A DNA stretch of 63,408 bases, filler included, from Octopus bimaculoides (Eukaryota): assembly GCF_001194135.2 (NCBI RefSeq). It is 4 parts of 4 records of this genome, joined end to end, with 100 filler letters (N's around TTAATTAATTAA, not from the genome) between each part and the next. Parts side by side here need not be neighbours in the genome. Positions count along the whole stretch, not along the records: positions 48,468 to 57,883 come from NC_069006.1; positions 57,984 to 63,408 come from NC_068994.1; 2 more parts are not named here. One strand, 5' to 3'. Shown piece by piece: positions 51,350 through 62,706 of this stretch (positions are counted from its first letter, which is position 1; each line of letters starts with the position of its first letter). The notes beneath the pieces are model-generated. The model made no database searches. It saw nothing but the letters and a program-made list of their open reading frames with translations, and was not told where the DNA came from. The position numbers were made by a program, and so were the translations under genes.

Positions 51350-51625
51350 TTACGCATCCCTCTTCTCGGTGTTCTGGAAGTGACTGAGAGCCAACAATGT
51401 CGTGGCGTACGTGTACGGTTCCGATGTCCAGAAGGGGAACACATTTTGTTCTTTGTTGAAACCGTGGAATTCCATCGGTGTAGTCATGTTACCCATCATC
51501 GGAACAGGTTCTTTGGTTTTCGCGATATATTCCTCTTCGGATATCGTTCCTTCCATGGCCATCACTCGGCCTATCATGGTCGTTGAATTGTCAAAACGGT
51601 TGAAAGGGTAAAGAAACGGCAAAGT
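51350..51625 (-). CDS. Terminal coding exon of an uncharacterised spliced gene (TLPFLYPFNRFDNSTT...SHFQNTEKRDA*)
   Basis: Pyrimidine-rich acceptor tctctttcattccttacatttgcag|ACT. Only phase 0 is open: 91 codons to TAA at 51352-51350. The sequence is non-repetitive and more GC-rich than its flanks. Phase matches the upstream exon. Confidence 0.8.
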   Translation of the reverse strand, partial: TLPFLYPFNRFDNSTTMIGRVMAMEGTISEEEYIAKTKEPVPMMGNMTTPMEFHGFNKEQNVFPFWTSEPYTYATTLLALSHFQNTEKRDA

Positions 51626-51714
51626 CTGCAAATGTAAGGAATGAAAGAGAATATAAAGGAATTGACATTGGTGTTTTGGGGGACAAAGTGTAAAGGGACA
51701 TTTATGAACATTTG

Positions 51715-54175
51715 GATAATTCCATAACTCTAATTAGCATGAAATATTTGAGAGTTTGATTAATGCTAAGTTAATTCTTAGAATATTGCGAAACTAAAGT
51801 TACAACAGAGAAAGCGATCACTTAATGAACGCTCGGAAAACTACGTAACGAAAGTTGGAATCGAAATTCAGGTAGCTTTAATGATATTTACAAAAATTTC
51901 GTAACAAGAATTAGCATGAAATTTAGAGTTTAATGCCATAAAAATTGCGTAAATAGAAACAATATTTATGAATGCATGAGAATTTATGTAACTCGAGTTA
52001 GCATGAAATATTCGATAAGTTAATTAATGCTTGGAAAATTACGTAACTAAAGTTGGAATCGAAATTCAGGTAGTTTTAATGATATTTACAAAAATTTCGT
52101 AACAAGAATTAGCATGAAATTTAGAGTTTAATGCCATAAAAATTGCGTAAATAGAAACAATATTTATGAATGCATGAGAAATTATGTAACTCGAGTTAGC
52201 ATGAAATATTCGATAATTTAATTAATGCTTGGAAAATTACGTAACTAAAACATCAAAGTTGCAGAAGCTTTATTAATGCTGCAAGACTTACGTACGTCAC
52301 TTTCGCAAACAATTCGATTTCATAAATGCTTGCAAAATTGTGCAAGTAAAGTTTACGTAACTCAAGTTAGCATAAAATATTCAATAGTTTAATAAATGCA
52401 AGGACAATTCTGTAATTGGAATTAGCATTAAATAGTCTACAGTTTAATAAGGACCATAAAATTGCGTAACTAAAGATAGGATTGAAACCGAAGTAGATTT
52501 ATTAGTGCGAGGAATATTACGTAACTCGAAATAACATAAAATATTTGCTAGTTTAATCAATGCGTGCAAAAATCACGTAGTTGAAGTTAGGATCGAAAAT
52601 GCATCAGCTTTAAGCTTATTTGGAAAATTATGTAACTCGAATCAGCACAAAGTATTCGGTTGTTTAATAAATACTTGGGAAATTACGTAACAGAAGTTAA
52701 AATAGATAATGATATAGTTTTATGAATGCCAGAAAAATTACATAATTCGAATTAGCATGAAATCTTTTAAAACTTAATAGATGTTTAGAAAATTATGTAA
52801 TTAAAGTTAGGATCAAGATTGCGGATGTTTTATTAAAACATGGAAAATTACGTAACACGAATTATCATGAAATACTCGATAGTTTAATAAATCTGGAAAA
52901 TTACGCAACTAAAGTTAGGTTCGGTAGCCTTACTGATGCTTGCAAAGATTACGTAAGCGGAATCAACATGAAATATATAGTTTCATAATTGCGGAAAAAA
53001 TTCCGTAAGTAAAGTTAGGATCAAAATTTCAATAGACTTATGAATGGCTGGAAATTTATGTAACTCGAATTCGCATGAAATATTCAACCACGTAATGAAT
53101 GCTTGAGAAATTACGTAACTCGAATTAGCATGAAATATTCAATAGTTTAATCTCTGCTTATAAAATCACGTAACTGAAGATAAGATTAAATTTTTCGCCG
53201 CTTTATTAGTACCGGAAAATTACATAACACGAATCAGCATGAGATAGTTTAATCCATTTTTGAAAATTACGTAATTAAATTCAGGGTCGAAATTGCTATA
53301 GCTTTGTTAATGCTTGGAAATTTACGTAACTAGAATTATCAAATAATTCAATAGTTTAATATATACTTAGAAAATGATGTCACTAAATGGAGGATGAAAT
53401 ACGTGAGAGTTAATGCTTGTATAATTACGTAACTAAAATTTGGATCAAATATATAGTGGTTCAGTTGATGCATAAAAAACTACGTAATTAAAGTTAGGAT
53501 CATGTACGTGGTTGTTAAATTAATGCTTGAATAAAAGAAATAACGCAACGGAAGTTACACCTACCTAAGAAGTTTCATTAATACTTCGAAAATTGCGTAA
53601 CTAAAGTTATGATCAGATATGTAATAATTGTGCTAATGCTTAGAAAATTACGTAACGAAAGTTAGAATAATGCATGTGGTAGTTAAATTAATGTTTGGAA
53701 AAAAATTACCTAACGAAAATCTTTTGTTGGTGTTCGTACATTTACGTAACTAATGTTAAGATCTATCTTTTCTACTCTCGGCACAAGGCCCTAAATTTCG
53801 GGGGAGGGGCCCAGTCGATTTGATCGACCCCAGTACACAACTGGTACTTAATTTATCGACCCCGAAAGGATGAAAGGCAAAGTCGACCTCAGCAGAATTT
53901 GAACTCAGAACATAAAAACAGACGAAATACTGCTAAACATTTCGCCCAGCGTGCTAACGTTTCTGTCAGATCGCTGCCTTAGGTTAAAATATAATATGCA
54001 ATAGGTTAGTTAATGTTCAGAAAACTACGTAACTAAAGTTAGGGTCACGTCTTTTATTGATGCTCGTACATTTACGTAACTAAGGTTAATATCTAGCATG
54101 CAATAGCTTAGTTAATGTTTAGAAAACTACGTAACTAAAGTTAGGATCAAATATGAAGTGGTTTAATGGAGTTAA
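51715..54175. repeat. Degenerate minisatellite, about 55-bp monomer, filling the last intron of the minus-strand gene
   Basis: An AAATTACGTAACT-like core recurs at 48-59 bp spacing. Two monomer types occur (...AAAGTTAGGATC and ...CGAATTAGCATGAAAT), plus a near-perfect 198-bp duplication at 51842-52237. Confidence 0.9.
53765..53980 (-). mobile_element. SINE family B inserted into the intronic minisatellite
   Basis: Full reverse-complement copy; minisatellite monomers resume on both sides. Confidence 0.9.
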
Positions 54176-54197
54176 ACATTCATTGTTCGTTACTTAC

Positions 54198-54319
54198 ACT
54201 TAATCCTTTGACGGAACCAGAAAAGAAAGCGTTCCAAGGTCTGTAACGGTTGTTGAATACGTTTTCTTGTAGGAATGTCACTGTTGAGGTTACGGTTTCG
54301 ATTACGTTCTGCGGTGTCT
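54198..54319 (-). CDS. Internal exon (122 nt, phase 1 to 0) of the same gene: (E)TPQNVIETVTSTVTFLQENVFNNRYRPWNAFFSGSVKGLS
   Basis: Acceptor ttttctag|AG and donor AGT|gtaagt. It joins in frame to both neighbouring exons. Confidence 0.8.
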
Positions 54320-54470
54320 CTAGAAAACGTTGCAAGAATAAAATCATCAACATTGGAATTGAGTTTTTTTTTTTTAATTGATTCCATTTTGTTTGCTTCT
54401 GCATCAAATTTTATAATTTGCATTTTATAGTTTCAAACTATGTAAAGATATATAATCATATATATATATA

Positions 54471-55293
54471 TGTAGTGGATCTTGCAGGCATGATGTAGAT
54501 TCGATCCTCGATAGCCAAATTTAAATTAACAGTTCAACAGCACTTTTCTCATGGCAAAACAATACTTTTTTCTATGACAGCAGTTTACATTTGCCAGACG
54601 CCTTAGCTAAGCCATATAATGTCTTCGCCACTTGACCCTTCTAACCTTTCATAAGCCACCAAATGCCAGAATTAAGATAAATACCACCAGTAAAATCTAT
54701 TGTTCTCAACGATATATCTATCCTTCTGGATAGTTATAAAGGCAAGAATCCCCAAGCAGAAGTCAGTCAGTTAGTGACAACTCGAGTTAGTGGGTTAGCG
54801 ACAACTCGAGTTAGAGAGAGCAACTATCAGTTACTGAACGGAGCACTGGAATCATGGTCACAAGCAGGCAGCCACTAGAGACAAACGGCCAGAAGGAAAT
54901 AACAAGTTATAATCAGCAACTATGAGACCCAACTTCCCTCGACTCTCTCACTATCACTAACTCAGCTCACTTTCTTCTTAGAACTTTACGCCATCTCTGT
55001 TTGTAATTACTACTACACAATGACGAGAACACAAATACAAACTATACAAGGAAAAATCTACCTCTATCTTTACTTCGCATGCTTTTCCATTTACTAATTA
55101 TACATACCAACCTGTCGTGGTTTTGGATTTTTTTTTTTACAATGTAACGGTAAATAAATATTTTCTCCACAACTTCTATTACTGTTCTTTCATCTTTACA
55201 TAATGGCAATCAACGAAGAACCAAGCCTTACAAACTGATTACGACTCAGACGTTGCATATTATTGTTTATAAACTGGTGGCTCAACCGTTACA
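54471..55293. repeat. Possible LTR-like relic(s), unclassified
   Basis: TGTAG start, internal GTTAG.GACAACTCGAGTTAG direct repeats, and TGTAACGG...CCGTTACA inverted ends at 55143-55293. No clean TSD. Confidence 0.25.
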
Positions 55294-55402
55294 CTAATAA
55301 ACTTCTACCATTACAAAAGTACATATCAACAGTTACAAATTAGTGACTCTCCCTTTACATATATGTGTGTGTGTGTGTGTATGTGTGTAAATATTATATA
55401 TA

Positions 55403-55467
<65 letters not shown>

Positions 55468-55806
55468 GCAAAAAAATGGGACAAGAACGCAAAACATCCA
55501 GACAGATGATACAAAAAAGGGACAAGAAAAAACAAGGACGGATCATTCGGAGTTTTCTTTCCTCAGTTTGAATTCCATATTATATTTGCAATTTCGGCTG
55601 GTTATACTCGAGATTGCTCCAATCTGGCCAGCCCCAAGGAAAAACTAAGCTAAGAGCTCTAGATTCCTTGGAAGAAAGCAGCGAATGTATTCGGAATCAA
55701 GGACGAAACAAAAAAGCGTAGAAATGGTACACAAATACAAATGCAAATAACAGGACATTAGCAACAGATGTCTTTCGACTAAGGACGAATTAAATAAAGG
55801 TGGCGT

Positions 55807-55977
55807 GGTTACAGGACGTCACCAACAGTAAACAACATAACATACGAAAATAAATGAGTGCAATATGCAAACAACGAGAGTTACTTGTCCTGTTTTCCAT
55901 TTGTTTCTCGCGTTGTTTGCGTATTGAACTCATTTGTTTTCGCATTTCATGTTTACTTTCTGTGACGTCCTGTACCC
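55807..55977. repeat. 171-bp element with 16-bp inverted ends
   Basis: GGTTACAGGACGTCAC...GTGACGTCCTGTACCC (one mismatch). GGGTACAGGACGT also occurs near 31936. Confidence 0.6.
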
Positions 55978-56398
55978 ATATATGTATATATATATGAATA
56001 CAGTGTACATTTAAACACATAAGAGATGGCCATTATAGGACATCTAACCCGCTAGAAGTAGTTAAAATGCAAACCACTATTAGGGGTAATTTCGAAAGGG
56101 AATGAAAAATAAAAACATTTACCATCTATTTCCTGTACCATGATTTCAAGCAATCTTCAGCAACTAAAATAATTTGCTAGGCGCACCTATCATCAGCAGG
56201 AAAGCCAAGATTAACATATAAATACGAGGCAATACAGAACATGCCTCGTGCTTACATGTTATAATTCTTCAAATCCACCGCGCAGGCAGGGGTTTTGTTT
56301 TTATCGGCAGCAAATATAAAAAATGCCAATTTTCTTCCAAAATTAGCCAAAAAAATCATTAATAAATGTATACATATATATGTTATCTATATTATTAT

Positions 56399-56493
56399 TT
56401 GTTATATGCCCCTCTAGTTGGGGAATTAATTTTTGCTTTTCTGCAATCTTGTTTGCATTTTATTTATTCCTTAACTAGAGGAGCATATAACAA
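56399..56493. repeat. Fold-back hairpin, about 21-bp stem
   Basis: ttgttatatgcccctctagtt pairs with aactagaggagcatataacaa (one mismatch). Confidence 0.75.
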
Positions 56494-56545
56494 CATGGCA
56501 GCCGACACTCAAGATCTTTAGTGAGACACAACTTTATCTACGGAT

Positions 56546-56650
56546 ATACCTGATGAGACCCATACTGCAAAATCGATGCAACACAACGTTTAACGGAGTC
56601 CCACACATAAAGGACAATAGCTGGACGGGTCGAAACGAACTTTGTACAGA
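56546..56650 (+). ncRNA. Hammerhead-like core with a long stem II insertion; cleavage site not resolved
   Basis: CTGATGA-GACCC, about 65 nt, GGGTC-GAAA-CG. The stem I and III partners are poor. Confidence 0.3.
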
Positions 56651-56693
56651 ATAAGGTTTAATACCAAATTCATCTTCTCGTTACTTAATTAAT

Positions 56694-57075
56694 TGTTGGC
56701 ACTCCGTCGCTTACGACGTCGAGGGTTCCAGTTGATCCGATCAACGGAACAACCTGCTCGTGAAATTAACGTGCAAGTTGCTGAGCACTCCACAGACACG
56801 TGTACCCTTAACGTAGTTCTCGGGGATATTAAGCGTGACACAGTGTGACAAGGCTGGCCCTTTGAATTACAGGCACAACAGAAACAGAAAGAAAGAGTGA
56901 GAGAAAGTTGTGGTGAAAGAGTACAGCAGGGTTCTCCACCATCCCCTGCCGGAGCCTCGTGGAGCTTTAGGTGCTTTCGCTCAATAAACACTCACAACGC
57001 CCGGTCTGGGAATCGAAACCGCGATCCTATGACCGCGAGTCCGCTGCCCTAACCACTGGGCCATTGCGCCTCCAC
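56694..57075 (-). mobile_element. tRNA-derived SINE, family A, intronic
   Basis: Collinear reverse complement of 2016-2400, with ACTTAAT duplicated at 56683 and 57076. Confidence 0.9.
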
Positions 57076-57439
57076 ACTTAATATAATTACCCTAACTGAC
57101 ACTGGGGAATTCCTGAAGTATACCACGACTGCGGATGACAAGAGGTTGCCTAAACTGTACCACTGCTCAACTCAACATTCAAACACACTCATCTATTTAT
57201 TCCTATTAGTCCCAAATATTTATCATATATGTATGTATGTATATGTATGTGTGTGTTCACAGATATACATATATATACACAAACATATGTATATGTGTGT
57301 GTGTGTGTATGTGTATTTACACATACATACATATATTTATATACATATACATACATTTATGTGTATTTACGAGGGATCAGAATATCATACCAAGTAAAAT
57401 TGCATTATTTCTGACTCGCCATCGTATATAATCTTTGCG

Positions 57440-57492
<53 letters not shown>

Positions 57493-57538
57493 GGGGGAGG
57501 GAGGGGGAAGAGAAAGAGAAAGAAAGAGCGAGGATTAC

Positions 57539-57644
57539 CTTTGATCCAGATATTCTTGCCAGACTTGTGATCATAGACGGTCCATATTCCTTGTAGAGCA
57601 TTCACAGCAACGGACGTCGTAAAGAGACGGTCTTCGGCTTTATT
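57539..57644 (-). CDS. Upstream exon of the same gene: NKAEDRLFTTSVAVNALQGIWTVYDHKSGKNIWIK; 5' boundary uncertain
   Basis: Donor AAAG|gtaatc, phase 1; G plus AG of the next exon gives Glu. The acceptor is inferred at ctgtttctcttgcaaag, an atypical AAG. The frame stays open further upstream without an ATG. Confidence 0.7.
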
Positions 57645-57883
57645 CTTTGCAAGAGAAACAGCGACAATAACAACAACAGCAAGACGAAATTCAGGTTTTG
57701 ATGTAGTGTAGAAACGTAAGGGAAATGCATATATAGGAAACAGTGAAGGCTGCTTTAAGCTACGACGGAAAGTAAGTTGATTCCAATGTGAATATCGAAG
57801 AATTTAAGTTACCAACAAGTTCATGTTCGGACGCAGAAACACATACATGCACGCACGCACGCACACACCAAGTATCATATGTA

Positions 57884-57983
57884 NNNNNNNNNNNNNNNNN
57901 NNNNNNNNNNNNNNNNNNNNNNNNNNNTTAATTAATTAANNNNNNNNNNNNNNNNNNNNNNNNNNNNNNNNNNNNNNNNNNNN
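57884..57983. other. Artificial scaffold spacer 44N-TTAATTAATTAA-44N
   Basis: Same 100-nt structure. Confidence 0.95.
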
Positions 57984-58399
57984 TATATATATATATATAT
58001 ATGTAGTTAAGTCTATGTCCAATCATAGAATGACTATGGTTAGCACCATGGATGGCTTGTCAGACTCTAAAGCTGAAGACCAATCTAACTCTTCATATCT
58101 GGGTGGTAGGAATCAGTTATGGTCAGTTGGTTAGTAAGTCACCGAAGAATAAACACTCCGGGTTGACAAGGATGGGCTATCTCCCTTAGATTAGTTCATT
58201 TGGGTCAAAAGAGGGGATCAGGAAATTTTGCCCTTGGGTTGCTTTTAGTTTGTAAGGACCTTTCCGGATCTAATCGGAGAATGAGAAATCCCATGCTTAC
58301 ATACTATAAGCAATACATAAGAAAATGAATCAGCATATAAGTGTTGTCATCTACTACAGAAAAGAATCTCTGTAGTTTGGAAAATGAGTGGTTTCAGGA

Positions 58400-60960
58400 A
58401 AGCTGTAGAGAAAAACATCATTTGGCTGAGATAAAATACACATGTAGCTTTATATAAAGTGATTCATGCTATACATGGACTGCAAAAATGAGAACTACTT
58501 ACCTGCTCAGCTTAGAAGGCTTCACTTTATAGTCAGAGAAATCACTGACACTAAAGCATTGGGTAGAATGCTTTGATTCCATTTCAATTTGCTCCTGTCA
58601 TATAAACCTAGAGGCAATGAACTGGATACTGCAGGTGCACACTAACTATCAATTGAATAACCAACCTACAATTGCTAAAATTCAATGGCAATCAAACAGC
58701 AAGCCTGCATTAAAGCCTCTGGTTCTGATGCAATTCCTGCTGAGATGTATGAACATGGTAGACCAAAAAAATGCAAGAAAATCTACTCACCCTATTTTCT
58801 AAAATATGAGAGCACAAACTAATTCCAGAAGAATACAAAGACATCAATGTTGTACACCTCTATAAAAGAAAAGAAAAAGTCTAACCATGTGACAACCATA
58901 GGGGTATATCACTCAAGCCACTCACTGAAAATGTCCTAGAATGGATCGTGCTCAAACAGCCCCTACGGTGTCTTGAGTCCGGGTTCTTCTAAAGTGTCAT
59001 TGTAGTTTCTGAAAACCTCATGGTACCATGGATATGATCTTTGCTGCAAGATAGCTTCAAGAAAAATGTCTAGCAAAATCAAAGACCTCTACATTGTATT
59101 CATCAATATAACAAGGGTTTTTATTACTGTAAGCAGACAAGGCCTCCAGAAAATAATGAAGTTTGGTTGCCCTGACAAGTTCATGACACAGCAATTTCAT
59201 GATTTTTGTTTGATTTTTTTATGATGGTTTTCAACCCCAGGCTGCAGCAACAAAGTCCACCTGCCACATTTTTCAGTCCAACATCATAGCCTCATGGTCC
59301 TGGATACATTCCTGGCCAGTGTCTGAAATCAAGTTGTTAGTATAAGTGTGACAATGTTTCCCTCTTCTTTCATCACCATGAAGTGGGTTCCTCAAGACTT
59401 ATTTGGATACTCTCAGTTCAGGATGGCACATGCAGTGGCCAGATAGTTGCAGCTGTCTTTGCCTGATCATCTCGCTATCTTTTGGCAGGTCTCCATAAAG
59501 GCATTCATTTGTCATATGTTGCTGCCATTTCACATTTAGGGCCATTTGTTGCATTCTTGAATTGTGGGGGGTTGGTATGCAAACTGCAATAAACTGATTC
59601 ATAGTATTCATGCAATTTCTGCTTCACTGTTAGAGATCTTGTCTCTACTAATGAGGAAATGCAATCTACAGGAGGAATATGTAACCCTGTCAGTATTAAG
59701 CTATTGCAAGGTCAAAATGACAATGTTCATGATGGCATGCAAGATCATGTCGTAAATTATGGAGAATGCTTTGCACCTTTCATCATTACCAACGGTGTGA
59801 AGCAGGGTTGTGTTTTGGCACCTATGCTTTTCAGTTTTGATGTTTAATGCAATATTTTATGATGCATCCTCCCATGTGACACCTGGCACCTAACTCAGAT
59901 ATAGGTATGATGGTAGTCTTTTTAACACCAGCTGCCTCAAGGCAAAGATTAAAATGAGGATCTATACAATAGGGAGCTCCTCTTTGCAGATGATTGTGCT
60001 CTGAATGTAAATTTTGAAGATCTCCAACGGCATAAACAGCATTCCTATACCTTTGATAACTTCAGCCTCAGAATCAGGGTCAAGAAGACTGAAGTTATGC
60101 AGTAACCCACTCCCAGAAATCCTACATTGAACCACTCTTCACTGTAAACTATCAACCACTCCAAACTGTAGAAAGGTTTGCCTACCTTGGAAGTATACTG
60201 TTAAGAAATGTTCACATTGATGAGGAAGTGAATGCAAGTATAGCAAAAGCCAGCTTAGCCTTTGGACATGTTCATCACAAGGATCAGGAATGAGCTGGTT
60301 TGATTAAAAAGACAAAATTTGAGGTATACAAAGCTGTTGTGGTGACTACATTGTTTTATGGATGTGAAACCTGGAGAGTTTACCAAAGACATTAAAAATA
60401 AACTTAGTTACTTTCACATAACGTGTCTGAAAAATTCTCAACATCAATTACCAAAATTAAATTTCTTATACTACTGTCAGAGAAAACTAACAAGTCAAGC
60501 ATATATACTTTCCTAAGTAAATGCTAACTGCAGTGGTGTGAGCCTGTAGTGCACATGCATGACTCAAGACTCTAGATTCCCTAATCAGATTTTCTCTTGT
60601 GAACAAGCAGTTGGCTCTCACTCACATGGTCGACCAAAGAAGAGCTACAAAGAGACTCTCAAGACAATCTTGAAAAAGTCTAACTGAGAACAGTCTACTT
60701 AGGAACAGCCTGCTCAGGATCACTCACTGTGGTGCAGGGATCTGTACTATGGAGTATGGCACTCAAAATCAGAAATGGTTAGAGAAACTAAAGAGAACAT
60801 GGTTACAGGGAAAGCCAGAGTACTACTGGGCCCTGATTCTGCTAATTATGTGTCACCACTGTAACTGGATTTTATGCCAATATTGGTTTAGGAAGCTGCT
60901 TCAGGATCCACAAGGAGCAAAGTTACTATTCTGTTCGTCTTCAAAGACATTAAGAACGAA
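58400..60960 (+). mobile_element. Degenerate RTE-clade LINE, interrupted by a nested insertion
   Basis: KASGSDAIPAEMY, DNHRGISL, NGVKQGCVLAP (59791), LLFADDCAL (about 59975), YGCETW (about 60357) and GRPKKSYK, with many stops and frameshifts. 58030-58400 may be its 5' region. Confidence 0.9.
59204..59725 (-). mobile_element. 3' fragment of a second RTE family nested in the first
   Basis: MALNVKWQQHMTNECLYGDLPK...RQRQLQLSGHCM, an A-rich tail, and TTCATGAT duplicated at 59196-59203 and 59726-59733. Confidence 0.85.
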
Positions 60961-60963
60961 TAT

Positions 60964-61003
<40 letters not shown>

Positions 61004-61072
61004 AAACATAACAATATATATATATCTATATATACATATTCATTTATATATATATATATACACACACACATA

Positions 61073-61345
61073 CACAAGAGGGTACTAAAAAGTGGGTACT
61101 GGCTTTAGGTAAAAGAAAATACAGGAGGATCAGTTAATTATGATTTTATTCAACATACTCCCCTCTCAGATTCACACATTTATTGCAGAAATTCTTCAGT
61201 TTTTCCGTCTTGTAAAAAGAACTCAGAAGGTTGGGTCTCCAACAAGGTCTTTGTAGCAGTGATCACTTCTGAATTGGAGTGAAGTTTCATTCCCTTGAGA
61301 TGTTTCTTCAATTGTGGAAAAAGCCCATGTCAGGAGAGTAAGGTA
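61073..61345 (-). mobile_element. 3' end of a second mariner-family element
   Basis: Reverse complement encodes a PYSPD..FPQLKKHLKG-like segment, followed by a TIR-like end. Confidence 0.6.
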
Positions 61346-61389
61346 GGTGGTCTACCAATTCGAAGCCAAAATCACATATTTTTGGTAGA

Positions 61390-61790
61390 ATTTTAGGTGC
61401 TGTGTCTGCTGGTACATTGTCCTGCAAAAACAGGATATCACAGCTCAGCTTTCCACGAGACTATGCCTGTCTTTTGCTGTCCTCAAATCTCATCTGTAAA
61501 CTCATGGAAAACGAACGTCCACCAACTATTCTGCCCATATGCCTGTGCACACCTTTGAATGCAGTGTATGCCAGGTTTGCAAATCCAACGGAGGCCTCAA
61601 AACACATGTCAAAATCCACAAAGAGCAGAACATATCTGCAGGTTTTGGTACAGTCTATGTAGGTGTCTTTAACTTTGTCTGGTTTGAAAAGCCACATCAG
61701 AAACTATAATGGTGCTAAAGTGTAGATACAGGAGGTGGTCAAACTCTGTAAAAGGAGAAGACAACCACCACATATATGCATATACATATA
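61390..61790 (+). mobile_element. LINE 3' end, probably RTE-type, with a C-terminal C2H2-like motif
   Basis: Encodes FECSVCQVCKSNGGLKTHVKIH. The tail GGAGGTGGTCAAACTCTGT...AGACAACCACCA is shared with 20268-20361. Confidence 0.55.
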
Positions 61791-61846
61791 TATATATACA
61801 TATATACATACACATATATATATATATACATATACATACATACATA

Positions 61847-62097
61847 TATTGGATTGGTGTATAATTATTGCGGCTTTTTCCAACAAATTTTATTCAACAA
61901 AAACAATAACAATAGGTAACAAAAACAAGATTAAATGATTATTCCGGAGCATATTCACCATCTACTTCAATCAGTTCTCTCCATTTACTTGCTAGATGGT
62001 CAGACCGTCATTTAAATGTTTTTATTAAATATTGGTATTGCTTTTGTTGAATAAAATTTGTTGAAAAAAGCTGCAATAATTATGCAACAACATGATA
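61847..62097 (-). mobile_element. Non-autonomous mariner derivative (MITE-like)
   Basis: About 60-bp imperfect TIRs (ataattattgcggctttttccaacaaattttattcaacaaaa and its reverse complement), TA flanks, and an internal transposase tail RELIEVDGEYAPE*. Confidence 0.8.
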
Positions 62098-62224
62098 TAT
62101 ACATATACACATACATACATATATATACGTATACATACATATATACATACATAAGTATACATACATATATATATATATAAATATACATATATACTTACAT
62201 ACATATAAATATACATACGTATAT

Positions 62225-62259
<35 letters not shown>

Positions 62260-62706
62260 NNNNNNNNNNNNNNNNNNNNNNNNNNNNNNNNNNNNNNNNN
62301 NNNNNNNNNNNNNNNNNNNNNNNNNNNNNNNNNNNNNNNNNNNNNNNNNNNNNNNNNNNNNNNNNNNNNNNNNNNNNNNNNNNNNNNNNNNNNNNNNNNN
62401 NNNNNNNNNNNNNNNNNNNNNNNNNNNNNNNNNNNNNNNNNNNNNNNNNNNNNNNNNNNNNNNNNNNNNNNNNNNNNNNNNNNNNNNNNNNNNNNNNNNN
62501 NNNNNNNNNNNNNNNNNNNNNNNNNNNNNNNNNNNNNNNNNNNNNNNNNNNNNNNNNNNNNNNNNNNNNNNNNNNNNNNNNNNNNNNNNNNNNNNNNNNN
62601 NNNNNNNNNNNNNNNNNNNNNNNNNNNNNNNNNNNNNNNNNNNNNNNNNNNNNNNNNNNNNNNNNNNNNNNNNNNNNNNNNNNNNNNNNNNNNNNNNNNN
62701 NNNNNN

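Noticed and set aside
51715-54175. Regularly spaced palindromic cores resembling a CRISPR array
   Set aside because: Spacers are homologous to each other, repeats are degenerate, there are no cas genes and the context is a eukaryotic intron.
54190-54423. Alternative frame DTAERNRNRNLNSD for the middle exon
   Set aside because: It is incompatible with the upstream donor phase and would stop 11 codons into the last exon.
57606-57731. Alternative frame MHFPYVSTLHQNLNFVLLLLLLSLFLL as a signal peptide
   Set aside because: It stops before the donor and cannot join exon 54319 in frame. The hydrophobic run comes from a (TTG)n tract that is probably intronic.
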